From Terriglobia bacterium (GTDB taxonomy: Bacteria > Acidobacteriota > Terriglobia > JAJPHL01 > JAPKYU01): a stretch of DNA of 64,000 bases. This document shows, in pieces, positions 41,691 through 52,557 of the stretch. The position numbers and the translations under genes are program-made. The notes below the pieces were generated by a model. It was not told where the DNA came from. It searched no databases and worked only from the letters and a program-made list of their open reading frames with translations. The stretch covers positions 849,690 to 913,689 of the forward strand of contig CBDBKE010000003.1 in assembly GCA_965206645.1 (NCBI GenBank). The letters run 5' to 3'. Numbering within the stretch: position 1 is the first letter of the stretch; each line of letters begins with the position of its first letter.

Positions 41691-44600
41691 GACGGCACGC
41701 CGCGGTCAGGGATCGCAAAGAGACGGTCGAGTTCGTCTAGCAACGGTTCGGACGGCATGATCTCGAGCACGCCCTGACTCGTCCCTGGACGCACACCACG
41801 TACGAACAGCAGGCTGCCCGACACGGCCGTCCCACCGGAATCGTAGAGCTGCAGGTAGCGGCGCAGCGCCACCAGATATAAATGCAGCTGCAGCAGATAG
41901 TGCTGTCTCGCCGCGCAGCGCCACAGGGCCTGCCGGCTGTAGTCGGCGACACGCGAGCCCAAGTAATTGCTCTTCCAGTCCACGACGCCCCAACGGCCAT
42001 CGGTCCGCACCAGACGGTCGATGTATCCGGTGAGCATGCCCGCCAGCGCTTGGCTTGGCAGGCCGGCCAGATCCTGGGCGTAGTGGCGTTCGTCTGTGGT
42101 ACGGGCGTGACGGGCGAAGATATCTGACAGGGCTTGGCCGGTGATGCCGGCCCGCCCCAGCGGCAGCAGGAACTCCCATTCAGACAGGGTCTTGTTCGAG
42201 GCGGCCGTGTCGAGGCGAGCATCCAGGCCGTCGAGGCGAGTGGTTTTCAGCGCGGCGAGTGTGTGCCGCACTGCATCGGCAGCCTCGGTGGAATAGAGCC
42301 GGTGTCGTCGTAAGCTGCGGTCCACCAATACCGCCGTGTCCTCGTGGAAGTCCCATTGCTCCAGGAGCTGGTGCAGGCAATTGCCGGCGTGGGTTCCGCG
42401 AGCAAAGGTAGCCAGGGGCACGTCAGCGTCCATGGCGTCGGCAACCGCACCGATGGCGCCGGCGTCATCGGGTTCCGCCACTGCGTCTCGATGGTCCCGT
42501 TCGTTATGTCTTCCATGGGCCAGCTGCGAGAAGCTGGTTAAGTGCCACGCATGGAGATCGAGTACAGGGGCGGGACGCGCCTGCATGGCGGTGGCGCCAT
42601 GGCCACGGGTAGTCCGGATCGTCTCAGTGGGCGATGGAGGGGGCAATACGGTCAGCACGTCTGGATACGCCGCGCGCAGGCGGCGTAAGGTGATGCCATG
42701 TTCGCAGGCGGCGGCATCCTTCTTCCGATCGGTCACGTTCTTGTACCAGTCTTCCAGGCTGTCGACCTGTTCGTCGGCCCGCAGCAGCCAGTCGAGGGCG
42801 GTCGGAGGCAGTGTCGCCATTGCGGTGTAGCCCAAGGGGCCGGTGAGCAGCGTCACACGGCGACGGGCGCGGGTCAGCGCCACGTAGGCCAGCCGTACGT
42901 CTTCCCGAAGGCGCTCAGCGGTAGAGGCGCGGTGTTCTGTCTGATTGTCCCGTTGTGTGCCGTCGGCGAGCACCCAGCCGTTGTCGCGGCGGATGAGCAG
43001 ACGGTCGGTGACACGGGCGTCCGATAGCGCCGACCACAGGTAGGGGCAATACACAAAGTCGAATTCCAGCCCCTTGGCCCGGTGTACCGTGACGACTTGT
43101 ACGGCGTCGCCGTCTTCTTCCAGCCGGTGGAGGCGTTCATCCGCCGAGCTGCTTTCCGACATCCGCTCGCCCTCGAACCACTGCAGCAGCTTGATGGGCG
43201 CATGCTGGCCCTCGGCTTCCCGGGCCTGCAACAGTTCGACCAGATGGCTCAAGTCGGTCAGGTGCCGCGCGCCGGTCGGCGCGCGGGCGAGTCGCAGGGT
43301 GGCGCTGGAATCTGCTTCCAGACGAGCCATCAGCGTGGCGATCCCGTGACGATGCCACAGGTCGTTCCATGTCGAGAAAGTATTCAGCCATCGATCGGCG
43401 TCTGCCGTGGTGAGCGCGGCCAGCATGGCCGAGTCGTAGCCGAACAGACGGGTCGCCATCGCGGCGCGTCGCCACCCGGGGTGGGTGGGCGACAGGACCG
43501 CCTTCAGAATCGCCGCGAGGTCGGATGCCGTGTCGCTCTGCATGACGTCCCCGTCGTCGCGGACCACACTCGGCACGCGTCGGGCCCGCAGGGCCTCATG
43601 GACCAGCCTGGCCTCAAGGTTGGTGCGTGTCAGCACGGCCACGTGTGACGGATTGACCCGTGTCGCGCCGGCTCCCATCGTCCGGTCCAGCAGATCCACG
43701 ATAGCCGTGGCGGTGCAGGCGGCCGCGCGCGCGCGACGCGGCTGGGCACGAGTCCAGTCCTCGGTGTCGACGTCGGAGCTCACCCAGGCGACCAGCCGTC
43801 CGTGCCCGTCATCCGGCAAGGGCAGGTCTTCGTCCCGGCGGGCCGCGGTCGCCACAGGGTAGGACAGGTCGGGAGTGGCGAAGGCGTGGGGGCGTCCGAA
43901 CAGAGCATTGAGCGCCGTCACCAGGCCAGGGGCCGACCGATAGGTCGTGGCCAGACTGCTGATGCGTGCGTCATCCGTCGGTCGGGCCGAGAGGTACGCG
44001 TCGAGGTCCCCGCCACGAAAACTGTAAATGGCCTGCTTTGGGTCACCCACCAGGATGAGCCGCCCCGGTTCCCTCCCGCGGTCAAAGATGGCCCTAAAAA
44101 CGTCTAACTGTTGCTGGTCGGTGTCCTGACTCTCGTCAATCAGGCCCACCTTCCACTTCTCCGCCAGCCGCTGGGCGAGCGTCGCGCGGTTGAGCCCCGC
44201 GCACAGCGCACGATGCAGGTGCTGAATCAATCCGTCGTACGTGACGGCGTTGGTGCGGCGCAGGCTGCGTTGATAGCGGTGCCCAGCGGCCTGATTCAGG
44301 TGCGCCAGCCAAGCCCATCCGGTCGCGCCGAGGCTGGCCTCCACCGCTCCGGCTGCGGCCACAATCGGCAACGCGCCCGCCTCGTCCGAGACAGCCCTGC
44401 CCACCGTGCCTCTCCGGCCAAACCAGGATGTCGCACCCGCGAGTCGCGTGGCAACGTGAAAAATATCAGCCGGGGGCTGCTGTGGGTCCAGGGTCTCAAT
44501 CGTCGCGTGCCACGTGTCCAGCTGCGCGATCGAATCTTTACCAGGATTCTGTGCCGACCTATTTAGGCTCACTGCGTTCCGGCCGGCGATCTCCTGCAGT

Positions 44601-45304
44601 CGACGGATGTCGGCGCGGGTCGCCTGCAGGGCTTCGAGCGCCTTCGCCACCCCGTCTCGTGCGTCCTGCAGCGAGAGTGGCTCCGGCTCCATGCGGGTGG
44701 AGGGTCGCCGGGTCAACGAGCGCCAGGCCTTCAGATCGTCCTCGACTGACCAGTTCCCGCAGGCGGCCACCGCGGCCAACAACGAATCGGCACCGAGATC
44801 GGTGCGCCACGTATCTTTGATGGCATCCGACTGCGCATCGCCGGGGTCCGGCAGGACCTCGAACCCGGCAGGCATACCGCACAAGAACCCCTCGGCTCCG
44901 AGCACTTGCTTGCAGAAGGCATGAATGGTCGAGACCGCGAGCTGGTCGCTTTCATCCAGTGCCAGCCGCAGCCGCAGCACGGCCGTGTGGCGCGCAATGT
45001 CGGGGAGAGCCTCAAGACGGTCCAGCAGCAGACGAATGCCCTGCTGGTGCTCGGCGGGCTGGGTGCCGGCATCGGCATGCCCGACGAGGGTCGCCAACTG
45101 GCGGCGGATCTGCTCGCCCATTTCGCGGGCCGCGTCCTCAGTAAACGTGACCAGTAGCAGGTCGCCGATGTCGCTGACCACCCCGTCCACCAGCAGGCGA
45201 GGGACCAGATGCGAGATGGTCCAGGTTTTCCCAGTGCCCGCGCTGGCTTCAATGACCGACAGGCCGGGGGGCACGTCGGTGGTGCGCAGGTCGAAATTAG
45301 CCAC
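41687..45304 (-). CDS. recB: Exodeoxyribonuclease V beta subunit (helicase-nuclease)
   Basis: EASAGTGKT, IDESQDT, GDPKQAIYSFRG, HRAKGLE, YVALTRA, GYID..DWKSN..Y.LQ..LY. Confidence 0.94.
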   Translation of the reverse strand: MANFDLRTTDVPPGLSVIEASAGTGKTWTISHLVPRLLVDGVVSDIGDLLLVTFTEDAAREMGEQIRRQLATLVGHADAGTQPAEHQQGIRLLLDRLEALPDIARHTAVLRLRLALDESDQLAVSTIHAFCKQVLGAEGFLCGMPAGFEVLPDPGDAQSDAIKDTWRTDLGADSLLAAVAACGNWSVEDDLKAWRSLTRRPSTRMEPEPLSLQDARDGVAKALEALQATRADIRRLQEIAGRNAVSLNRSAQNPGKDSIAQLDTWHATIETLDPQQPPADIFHVATRLAGATSWFGRRGTVGRAVSDEAGALPIVAAAGAVEASLGATGWAWLAHLNQAAGHRYQRSLRRTNAVTYDGLIQHLHRALCAGLNRATLAQRLAEKWKVGLIDESQDTDQQQLDVFRAIFDRGREPGRLILVGDPKQAIYSFRGGDLDAYLSARPTDDARISSLATTYRSAPGLVTALNALFGRPHAFATPDLSYPVATAARRDEDLPLPDDGHGRLVAWVSSDVDTEDWTRAQPRRARAAACTATAIVDLLDRTMGAGATRVNPSHVAVLTRTNLEARLVHEALRARRVPSVVRDDGDVMQSDTASDLAAILKAVLSPTHPGWRRAAMATRLFGYDSAMLAALTTADADRWLNTFSTWNDLWHRHGIATLMARLEADSSATLRLARAPTGARHLTDLSHLVELLQAREAEGQHAPIKLLQWFEGERMSESSSADERLHRLEEDGDAVQVVTVHRAKGLEFDFVYCPYLWSALSDARVTDRLLIRRDNGWVLADGTQRDNQTEHRASTAERLREDVRLAYVALTRARRRVTLLTGPLGYTAMATLPPTALDWLLRADEQVDSLEDWYKNVTDRKKDAAACEHGITLRRLRAAYPDVLTVLPPPSPTETIRTTRGHGATAMQARPAPVLDLHAWHLTSFSQLAHGRHNERDHRDAVAEPDDAGAIGAVADAMDADVPLATFARGTHAGNCLHQLLEQWDFHEDTAVLVDRSLRRHRLYSTEAADAVRHTLAALKTTRLDGLDARLDTAASNKTLSEWEFLLPLGRAGITGQALSDIFARHARTTDERHYAQDLAGLPSQALAGMLTGYIDRLVRTDGRWGVVDWKSNYLGSRVADYSRQALWRCAARQHYLLQLHLYLVALRRYLQLYDSGGTAVSGSLLFVRGVRPGTSQGVLEIMPSEPLLDELDRLFAIPDRGVPS

Positions 45305-48300
45305 CGTCGGCCTCGTGCCGCGACGGGGTCGCCATGGTCGCGAACCAAGCCTCCACCGGGCCGAAGACTGCTGCGGCCAAGCGTCGCCACTCGTCGAAGA
45401 TCTCCTCCGCGAAGGGGTCTCGATCGCGCCACGTCAGCCGCGCAGAGGCACTGTCGCCTTCACCCGGCGGGCCCTGGTGCTGCTGGTACCAGGCCTGCAT
45501 GGCTCTGTCGGTCTCGTTGACGCCACGTTGACCCGCGGCGAACACCGCAAAGCTGGTCTTCGGCCCGAATGGCAACGGATACCGCCGTGCGTGTGCACAC
45601 AGGTGCAGCAGATGGTCGAGCGCGGCGCGCGCCTGATCTGAGGCCATGGCCGGCCGCTGGTCCACCCTCGTGCGCTCTCCATTTCTCGACACCACCACGG
45701 TGTCGCCGCGCATGCCGCAGGCGGCGGCGAAGGTCGCGCGGACCCACACATCGAGACGATGATGGGCGGCGGCCTTCAGCTCTGTGGGCCTGACCAGCAC
45801 GTGCAGCCGGCGGTCAGGGGTGACGGCAATGTTGCCGGCCACCGGCGGGCACCCGTCTCGGTACACCAGACGCTGTGGCTGCAGTCGGCCGCCCGCCTCG
45901 TGCAGGGCGCGTCGGGCCAGGGACTCGGCTTCCTGCACCGCCTGTCTGCCCATCGCGGCGCCCAGGATCCCATACGGCAGCAGCCGGTTGGCCGCCAGAC
46001 GTTCCTTCAGAAACGAGGTCCGTCCCTCGAGTACGGCATCAATGACCGCGGTCTGCAGTTGCCACCGGTCCAGGCCCGCTGGGGCGGCCACCGGCTCCCG
46101 ATCCAGAGCAAACGGATCGTCCCAGGATTGTGGGATCTCGACCCCCAGGGACCCCAGCCAGGCCGCCCAGGGATCCTTGAGAATCCGAATCATCTCGTGC
46201 AACTCGAGGTCGGCCGACTGGACCGCTTCGGGCGGCTCGAACACGTTGGCGTGGAACGGTGTGGCCTCTTCCTGCCGCTGCTGGCACGCGCGGGCAACCT
46301 CGAGGCGGCCGGTGTCGAACGAGGCGCGCGCGCCGGTAAAGCAGGCCGCGTTGAATGGTTGCAGCGGGTGGTCTTCGATCAGGTCCCGGTACGTCGTCTC
46401 CCGTACGTCGGTACTGTCGGAGACGGTGGCCGCGGCCACTCGCAGGAATTCATCGACGCAGGCCGAGAGCGGTTCGTCCTTGTTGCTGCGGATATTGCGG
46501 GCTGTGGCCGTCAGGATCACACGGTCGGCGGCCGCCAAGAGCGCGTCCAGAAACAGCTGCCGGTCTTCGCGCACCGGATCTCGGTCGCCACGCTGCGGCG
46601 CCGCGGCCAGCAGGTCCCAGGCAGGCGCTCGGGCTCGGCGTGGAAAGGCGGCATCGTGCAAACCCACCACCGCCAGCACGCGGCAGGGCATGGCACGCAT
46701 CGGCTTGAAGCCGCCCATCGCCATGCCCCCACCGACCCGGGACACCGTGCGAACCTCTTCCTCAACCACCTGGTCTAACCAGTCGGCCACTGTGGCGGCG
46801 TCCACGGCGACATCGCACGCATGGTCCGTTTCAGCGGCGCGGAGCTGCCCGACCAGGTCCACGGCCGCCAGCGAGTCGAACCGATCGTCGCCGGCAGCAA
46901 ACACTTGGTCCAGCGCCTGATCCAGGCGGTCGGCCCACTGGCCGGGGCTGACCTCACGTTGCCAGTCGTCCAGCAGGCACACCAAGCCGTCCAGCCAGTC
47001 GAGTGACGCGCTCATCGCCGCCGGGTCGGTACCCAGGTCGCCCGACACCGGCAAAGCCGGGCGGTGGTGCCCGTCCGAGGCGGTGTCCGCGTCACCCAGC
47101 CACACGCCCGCCAGCAACCGGTCCAACCCCTCGCGCCACGTCCCCGTGCCCTGGTCGCCGGCATCCATCAACCGACGATGGTCCGCGTTGAGCCCCCACG
47201 TAATACCCGCCGCACGCACATGATCGGCGAGCGTGGCCGGGTCAGTACCCAGCGATTCGACGCGTGTGGCGATGGCGGGGAGTGCCAGCAGCGCCAGTCC
47301 CTCGCTCAGGGGCACGCGGCCAGCGGCCACGCGCAGCAGCGTGTGCGTCCCGCACACCAAGGGGTCGCTGCGATCGATCTGCCGCTCCGCGAGCCGCAGC
47401 GGCAACGAGGGGTCACCGTCCCGCAAGATCGCCTCGGCGAGCGGTCCGTAGAGATCCAGCTGGGGAGCGAGAATCAAGACATCGCTTGCCCGCAAATCGG
47501 GGAGGCTCTCGAACGCGTCCAGTAATTCATCCCGCAGCACTTCCACCTCTCGTCGGGCACCGTGGCAGCGATGCACACGCACCGAATGATCCGGTGTGAC
47601 CAGCGGGGAGGTCGTGGCGGCACCCGGCTGCCGCGCCGCGCGAATGTCTGCCTGCAGACGGGCCAGGAGTGTGTCCGACCGGGGTTCGGGGAGTGCGATC
47701 ACGTCGTACTCCTGACCTTCGGTGACGAGTGCCTCCTCGAAACTGCGAAAGCTGTCAACGGCTTGTTTGCCCAGATGGGACAGCAGGGGGTGCCCTTCCC
47801 AGGCGAGGTCCACAGCCTGCCCGGCCCGCATCTGCGTGCGACCGGCGCGAAGGTCGCCGAGGTATTCAGTCGACGGGAGCAGGGCGCGCAGGCAGACCCT
47901 GGTTCTGGTCGCCAGCGCGCGTAACAGTGGCAGCAGGGTCGGGGGCAGAGGCCCGATGGCCAGGACTTCCAGTGACGCCGGCAAGTCACCCTGGCCAGCG
48001 TGGATGCGCGTCACGAGATCACGCAGGCGTACGGCCGGATGGAGGTGGTCGGCCAGCCCGTCAGAGAGACGCCGCCACAGGTCTCGCTGCCAGGCCTCAT
48101 CGCCCTGAGCCGCCTCTGGCAGGGCGTCCCAGGTCTCGCCCCGGTCCCAGCCGGCAATCATCTCCGGTCGAAAATAGAGATACTGGTCGAAGCGGTCGGC
48201 CACGTCGTGGGCTAGCGCTTGCCGCGCCCGAGTGTCCGCGCACGCCGCCCGCAGGCGCGGAGTGTCGCCGTCCTCGACCATGGCCGCCAGCAGTGGTACC

Positions 48301-48581
48301 AGGCGCCACGCCAGGCCCTGCGGGCGCCAGGAGGGATGGACCGGATCCAGACCCACTAGCTGAGCCATGTGCTCGATGAAGGCGCTTGGCAGGAAGAACG
48401 CCACACCCATGGCCACCCCGTGACGCTGGGCCAGCACGACCTTCGTGCGGTCCACCAGGGGCAGCGCCGGCATCAGCACAGGCACCACCACGCCTGCAGC
48501 ACTCCCCGGCCTACCCAGCGAGTCGACCAAGTCGTCGAGGAGCAGGGCCGTGTCAGACGCGTACTTCAGTTCCAGAGCCAT
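45297..48581 (-). CDS. recC: Exodeoxyribonuclease V gamma subunit
   Basis: ADRFDQYLYFRP, CHGARREVEVLRD, GITWG, DRQLFLDAL, HPLQPF. Confidence 0.92.
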   Translation of the reverse strand: MALELKYASDTALLLDDLVDSLGRPGSAAGVVVPVLMPALPLVDRTKVVLAQRHGVAMGVAFFLPSAFIEHMAQLVGLDPVHPSWRPQGLAWRLVPLLAAMVEDGDTPRLRAACADTRARQALAHDVADRFDQYLYFRPEMIAGWDRGETWDALPEAAQGDEAWQRDLWRRLSDGLADHLHPAVRLRDLVTRIHAGQGDLPASLEVLAIGPLPPTLLPLLRALATRTRVCLRALLPSTEYLGDLRAGRTQMRAGQAVDLAWEGHPLLSHLGKQAVDSFRSFEEALVTEGQEYDVIALPEPRSDTLLARLQADIRAARQPGAATTSPLVTPDHSVRVHRCHGARREVEVLRDELLDAFESLPDLRASDVLILAPQLDLYGPLAEAILRDGDPSLPLRLAERQIDRSDPLVCGTHTLLRVAAGRVPLSEGLALLALPAIATRVESLGTDPATLADHVRAAGITWGLNADHRRLMDAGDQGTGTWREGLDRLLAGVWLGDADTASDGHHRPALPVSGDLGTDPAAMSASLDWLDGLVCLLDDWQREVSPGQWADRLDQALDQVFAAGDDRFDSLAAVDLVGQLRAAETDHACDVAVDAATVADWLDQVVEEEVRTVSRVGGGMAMGGFKPMRAMPCRVLAVVGLHDAAFPRRARAPAWDLLAAAPQRGDRDPVREDRQLFLDALLAAADRVILTATARNIRSNKDEPLSACVDEFLRVAAATVSDSTDVRETTYRDLIEDHPLQPFNAACFTGARASFDTGRLEVARACQQRQEEATPFHANVFEPPEAVQSADLELHEMIRILKDPWAAWLGSLGVEIPQSWDDPFALDREPVAAPAGLDRWQLQTAVIDAVLEGRTSFLKERLAANRLLPYGILGAAMGRQAVQEAESLARRALHEAGGRLQPQRLVYRDGCPPVAGNIAVTPDRRLHVLVRPTELKAAAHHRLDVWVRATFAAACGMRGDTVVVSRNGERTRVDQRPAMASDQARAALDHLLHLCAHARRYPLPFGPKTSFAVFAAGQRGVNETDRAMQAWYQQHQGPPGEGDSASARLTWRDRDPFAEEIFDEWRRLAAAVFGPVEAWFATMATPSRHEADGG

Positions 48582-48701
48582 AGCTGGTGTGCTACGTGGG
48601 TGATGGCGAGATGTGAACCCTGAGCAGGGTATTCCCCCCTCAGCGGGGATGCCCCGCCCGCTGTTGAAACTCGGCGGCGGCTCAGTGGCAATTCTACGCG
48701 A

Positions 48702-48822
48702 GGCTTTGTCAAGTTAAGGCAGAATCAGGCACAATTAGCGGATGAAATCACAATATCGAGGGCATCGCTTTCCAGCTGAAATTATCAGTCACGCCGTCTG
48801 GCTGTACCATCGGTTCACGATG
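48702..48822 (+). mobile_element. IS6 copy C, left end only
   Basis: GGCTTTGTCAAGTTAAGGCAGAATCAGG then MKSQYRGHRF; cut at 48823. Confidence 0.9.
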
Positions 48823-49085
48823 TGAGGTGGCCCCGGTCAGTCGGGCAGCTTGGCGGTTTGTTTAAGGTATATTCCGATTGTCACTCATACCGCCAAAATC
48901 TCCTTGGATAGATCTTCCTGTCGCTGTTGCTGCGCCTGTGGGTATGTGGGCAAGGCGCGTAGCGCCTTGTCCATCATACCCACAAGCGGGTCGCCGCGGT
49001 AGGCCTCGGCCGGGGTTTTCCCATCGAGCGCCGAGTGTGGCCTTTCGCACTGGATCGGGAAGTCCGGTCTGGCCAGTCGCGTCAG
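48823..49085 (-). mobile_element. IS3-type right-end remnant with long hairpin
   Basis: TGAGGTGGCCCCGG terminus; reverse strand RPHSALDGKTPAE; hairpin at about 48934-48988. Confidence 0.6.
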
Positions 49086-49086
49086 A

Positions 49087-49941
49087 GTGCGGAAGGACAG
49101 GAATCAAGTCGAACAAATCCGCATCGTGTATACGCCAGTCGTCGATACAATCGTTGACACACCCTGCGGTCAGCTTAAGCTAGTTTTCCGGCATCAACTC
49201 CGAGGTGACCGTATAGTCGAGTCCGGGATTGAGCAGTACTGTGCTCTCGAACTTCAATTTGCTGATCCTGGGTCCGTTGTTGCGGTGTTCGAAGCCCATG
49301 GCGCGCTACAGGCACTGATCGCCATCGGCGTCGCGGCTCCTGCGCAAGTTACCGAAACACGCGTTTTGCAGGCTGCCGGGCGCTGGGTTCAGGTCCACTG
49401 GCACAGCCTCGGCACCAAACACAGCCGCGGTGGGGTGCGGACGATTCATCCATTCAAGATGCTGTTCACGTACGACGCCCTGGGCGGACTCAGCGGCATT
49501 GGCAGATGGCTGACGATGTCGAAGAAGTTCTGGCCTGTGATCGCGGGGCTCACGAGCCGTTGGTATGCGCCGGATCTGTACGGCGAGTTGGTGGCCGCTG
49601 CGGAAGCATTTGAACGGATACGGCTCCAGCAGGGGGAAATCAACTTCAAGAAAGCACTCGAGACGCTGGCTTGCCATGCTGGAGCCCCGTTTCAGTCCGT
49701 GGTGGATGATGTTGGCGCGTGTGCGAAGCGCGTCGTGCGGATACGGAAAGAGCATGTTGTTCATCGGGGATTACATGGTGACCCAGACGGCGAGTCGCTG
49801 TACTGGTTGATAGCTTCTCTCTACATTCTTGTCGTGTTGTGCCTTTTGCGCGAATGCGAGGTGCCGGAGGAAAACCTGCCGAATTCGGAGACTTGCCCGT
49901 GGATTGCAACCGTCGCTCGGAGGTTGGGCGGAGATCGATAG
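49087..49941 (+). pseudogene. ApeA-like HEPN protein, probably 5'-truncated and internally deleted
   Basis: AAAEAFER..RIRKEHVVHRG..LLRECEV; abuts the IS remnant. Confidence 0.45.
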
Positions 49942-50822
49942 CGGGCGATATGCCTGGTAATGCTCGCGGACCACAGCCCTGACCAAGATCAATCAAGCGG
50001 CCAGCCATGCTCGGCCAGAACGGGCAACGCCGGTAACGTGGCCTTCCTGCAAGGATGGATCCAACGGGAGCGACCCTGTGCGAGGGTGGGCATAGTCATG
50101 CACATGCCGATCCTCTGGGATGCCGATCGAGGCAGTCCAAATAGGGGGGTCGCTCCCGCCCGCCCTATTATGCTGTTAACTAATTTATTATATTGTACTT
50201 AATGAAGAATTTCTGGGCGTGATCACGCGTTCGATCACCATTTGCAAACTTGGGCTTGGAATCCTCCCACGCCCCCAATACAAGAGCCACACAGAAACAA
50301 ACCGACCACAAGGGAGGCTGAACGCCCTGAGCTACGAGACTTGATCGAAGTCCCTACATTGGAGTTTGCAAGTGAGATCGGAAGCGGCGGGCAGGATGAC
50401 CCTCGCCGATGCGCGTGTTGCCCTGGCGAGGCTTCCTGCTGAAATGAAGCTTGTGGCCCCATACCGTTCACTTTGGCAAGAATCCATTCTGGAATTTCCT
50501 TCGCACTGCGGTCCATTCGCCGGGGGATAACGGTCCGGTTCCAGGTGCCCCGTCCCGGCTGCTATTCCCCAAGCAGGCTTGCCGCCTACGACCGGAGAAC
50601 GGGTGTGAGGTTGCGCCATTTGCCGCTGGCCTTTGCTGGTTCCGCTTTGTTCCGACGCAAGGCTCGCGCCAGAACGGTCCCCTCGCCTGGCAGGCGTCTG
50701 TCACTCCCTCTTGCCCTTGTCGGCCCTGCCCGTCACTGGCTTCGTCGGCGCTGTTCCTCCCGTGTCAGGGTTTGGCCGTTTCCGCCATTTGCGGGTGAGC
50801 GGAAACGCTCACAAACCCTTCC

Positions 50823-51965
50823 CCCGGATTTCCGTTTTGAAACTCCAAAGCTAACCTTATACTGACCTCCGACGCCAATATTTATGCCGGTTCCAGCGTC
50901 AATACAGCTTCCGGAGGTAGAAACCGAGTGGGTGAGAGGCAAAATCAGCCCTTTCAGTTCTCTTTCAATGCTGCATTGAAGGTCGATTTCCAGGGGTCGC
51001 GGGTTACTTCCGACGGCGGCCTGATCCTCGTGCGCGAATCAGACGAACATTTGGGATTCGGAGAACTCATCAAACAGCACTTGGCCGATCCTCGGAGAAA
51101 GAACACACGGTTGCCCTTTGCTGACCTCCTGCGCCAGTCCGTGTACAGCCGCTTGGCGGGTTACGAAGATATGAATGACGCGGAACGGCTCTCTCAAGAT
51201 CCGACGTTCCGGCTGATCGGTTCAGAAAAGATCTGGGAGCGAGGAGCCGCGTTGACTTCCCGGCTGCAATCGTTCGAGACAGAACTACTGACGCAAGATG
51301 AGAACCTGGCTGGTTTGGCAGCGATCAACCGGGATTTAATCGCCAGGGCGGAAGCTATGGATTCCCCGCAACGGGTGGTGCTGGACATGGACTCGACCGA
51401 GATTCCGGTCTACGGCCAGCAGGAGCAGAGTGCCTACAACGGGCATTTCGAGTCGAGCTGCTATCACCCGTTGTTGCTGTTCAATCGCGAGGGTGACTGT
51501 CTGGCGGCCAAGCTGCGACCGGGCAACGTGCACAGCGCCGAGGACTGGAAAGAACTTCTCCTGCCGGAGATCGAGCGGCAGCAGCAGCTGGGCAAGGAAG
51601 TGGTGTTTCGTGCCGACGCGGCCTTTGCCAAGCCGGAGATTTACGAGGCTCTGGAGGAGCGGGAGGTAAAGTACGCCATCCGCATCCCGGCTAACGACAG
51701 CCTACAGCGGGACATTGAGGAGTTGCTGACTCGGCCGGTGGGGAGACCCAGCAAGAAGCCGTTGGTGGAGTTCAAGGGCTTTCTATACCAAGCGGCCAGT
51801 TGGAAGACAGCCCGCAGGGTGGTGGCCAAGGTGGAGCATCATCCAGGGGAGCTGTTCCCGCGAGTAGGGTTTATCGTTACGAACTTGACTCTGCCAAGTC
51901 GGGCGGTGATGCGGTTTTACAACAAGCGGGGGACAGCGGAGCAGTGGATCAAAGAAGGAAAGCAA
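50823..51965 (+). mobile_element. IS1380-family transposase, 3'-truncated
   Basis: Left end CCCGGATTTCCGTTTTGAAA; LDMDST, RADAAF, FYNKRGTAEQWIKEGK. Confidence 0.9.
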
Positions 51966-52118
51966 GCTAATACCCATCAGAACCCACCGAGCCGCTACGG
52001 TCAATAAGGTAACGTCCCAAGTCGCGAATATGTTTCAAGCCGCCTTCTCGTAGAGCTCGAGCGGTCTTTGCTTCCTCTGCAGCCGTATCATGGAAGTCCC
52101 GTTCTCGGGCTGCCCGAC

Positions 52119-52305
52119 ATGCTCAAAGGCCCCTCCCGCGGCAAGACACTGCAGACCGTCTTCGTGGCGATACTGCTGTCCTCCTTGCTGTGTATCGCCG
52201 CCACTTTCGCCATCGCCTCCCAGCCACCGCGAAGCCCCGGCCATCATGAGGACTCCGAAGGTCGACGGCACGGATTTCTACATATTCCGCAGCTATGAAC
52301 TGGGA
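52119..52305 (+). pseudogene. DUF4331-like secreted protein N-terminal fragment
   Basis: Signal peptide, frameshift, then SHREAP..PKVDGTDFYIFRSYE. Confidence 0.65.
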
Positions 52306-52456
52306 GTTCAGAGACATCAAAGCTGCATCACCCCACTAGCTTCCGACTGGCAGACGCCAGACAGCACCAGGAGGAACGGGGTTGGTTCCTCAGGAATCGG
52401 TTAGTGTTTACCTATGCTGCCACGCAGCCGACTTGGCCGTATAACACCCTACTTGG

Positions 52457-52472
52457 AAACTGACCCACTACC
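52457..52472. mobile_element. Orphan IS1-like TIR
   Basis: AAACTGACCCACTACC, related to the MITE TIR at 12848 and to 61511-61526. Confidence 0.65.
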
Positions 52473-52557
52473 CGACGGGCGGTGCTGTCTGAAATCTGTG
52501 TTGAACCGAAAACAGCGAACGCTTGCTTTTCGGCTTATCCTGTCGTACGGTTGAAGT

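Noticed and set aside
40057-48623. Many long plus-strand ORFs opposite recCBD (and opposite uvrA, recD2 and the GT2 fusion)
   Set aside because: Antisense shadows expected in high-GC coding DNA; no motifs.
49960-50820. Short ORFs in both directions
   Set aside because: No recognisable motifs or consistent frame; likely decayed or intergenic.
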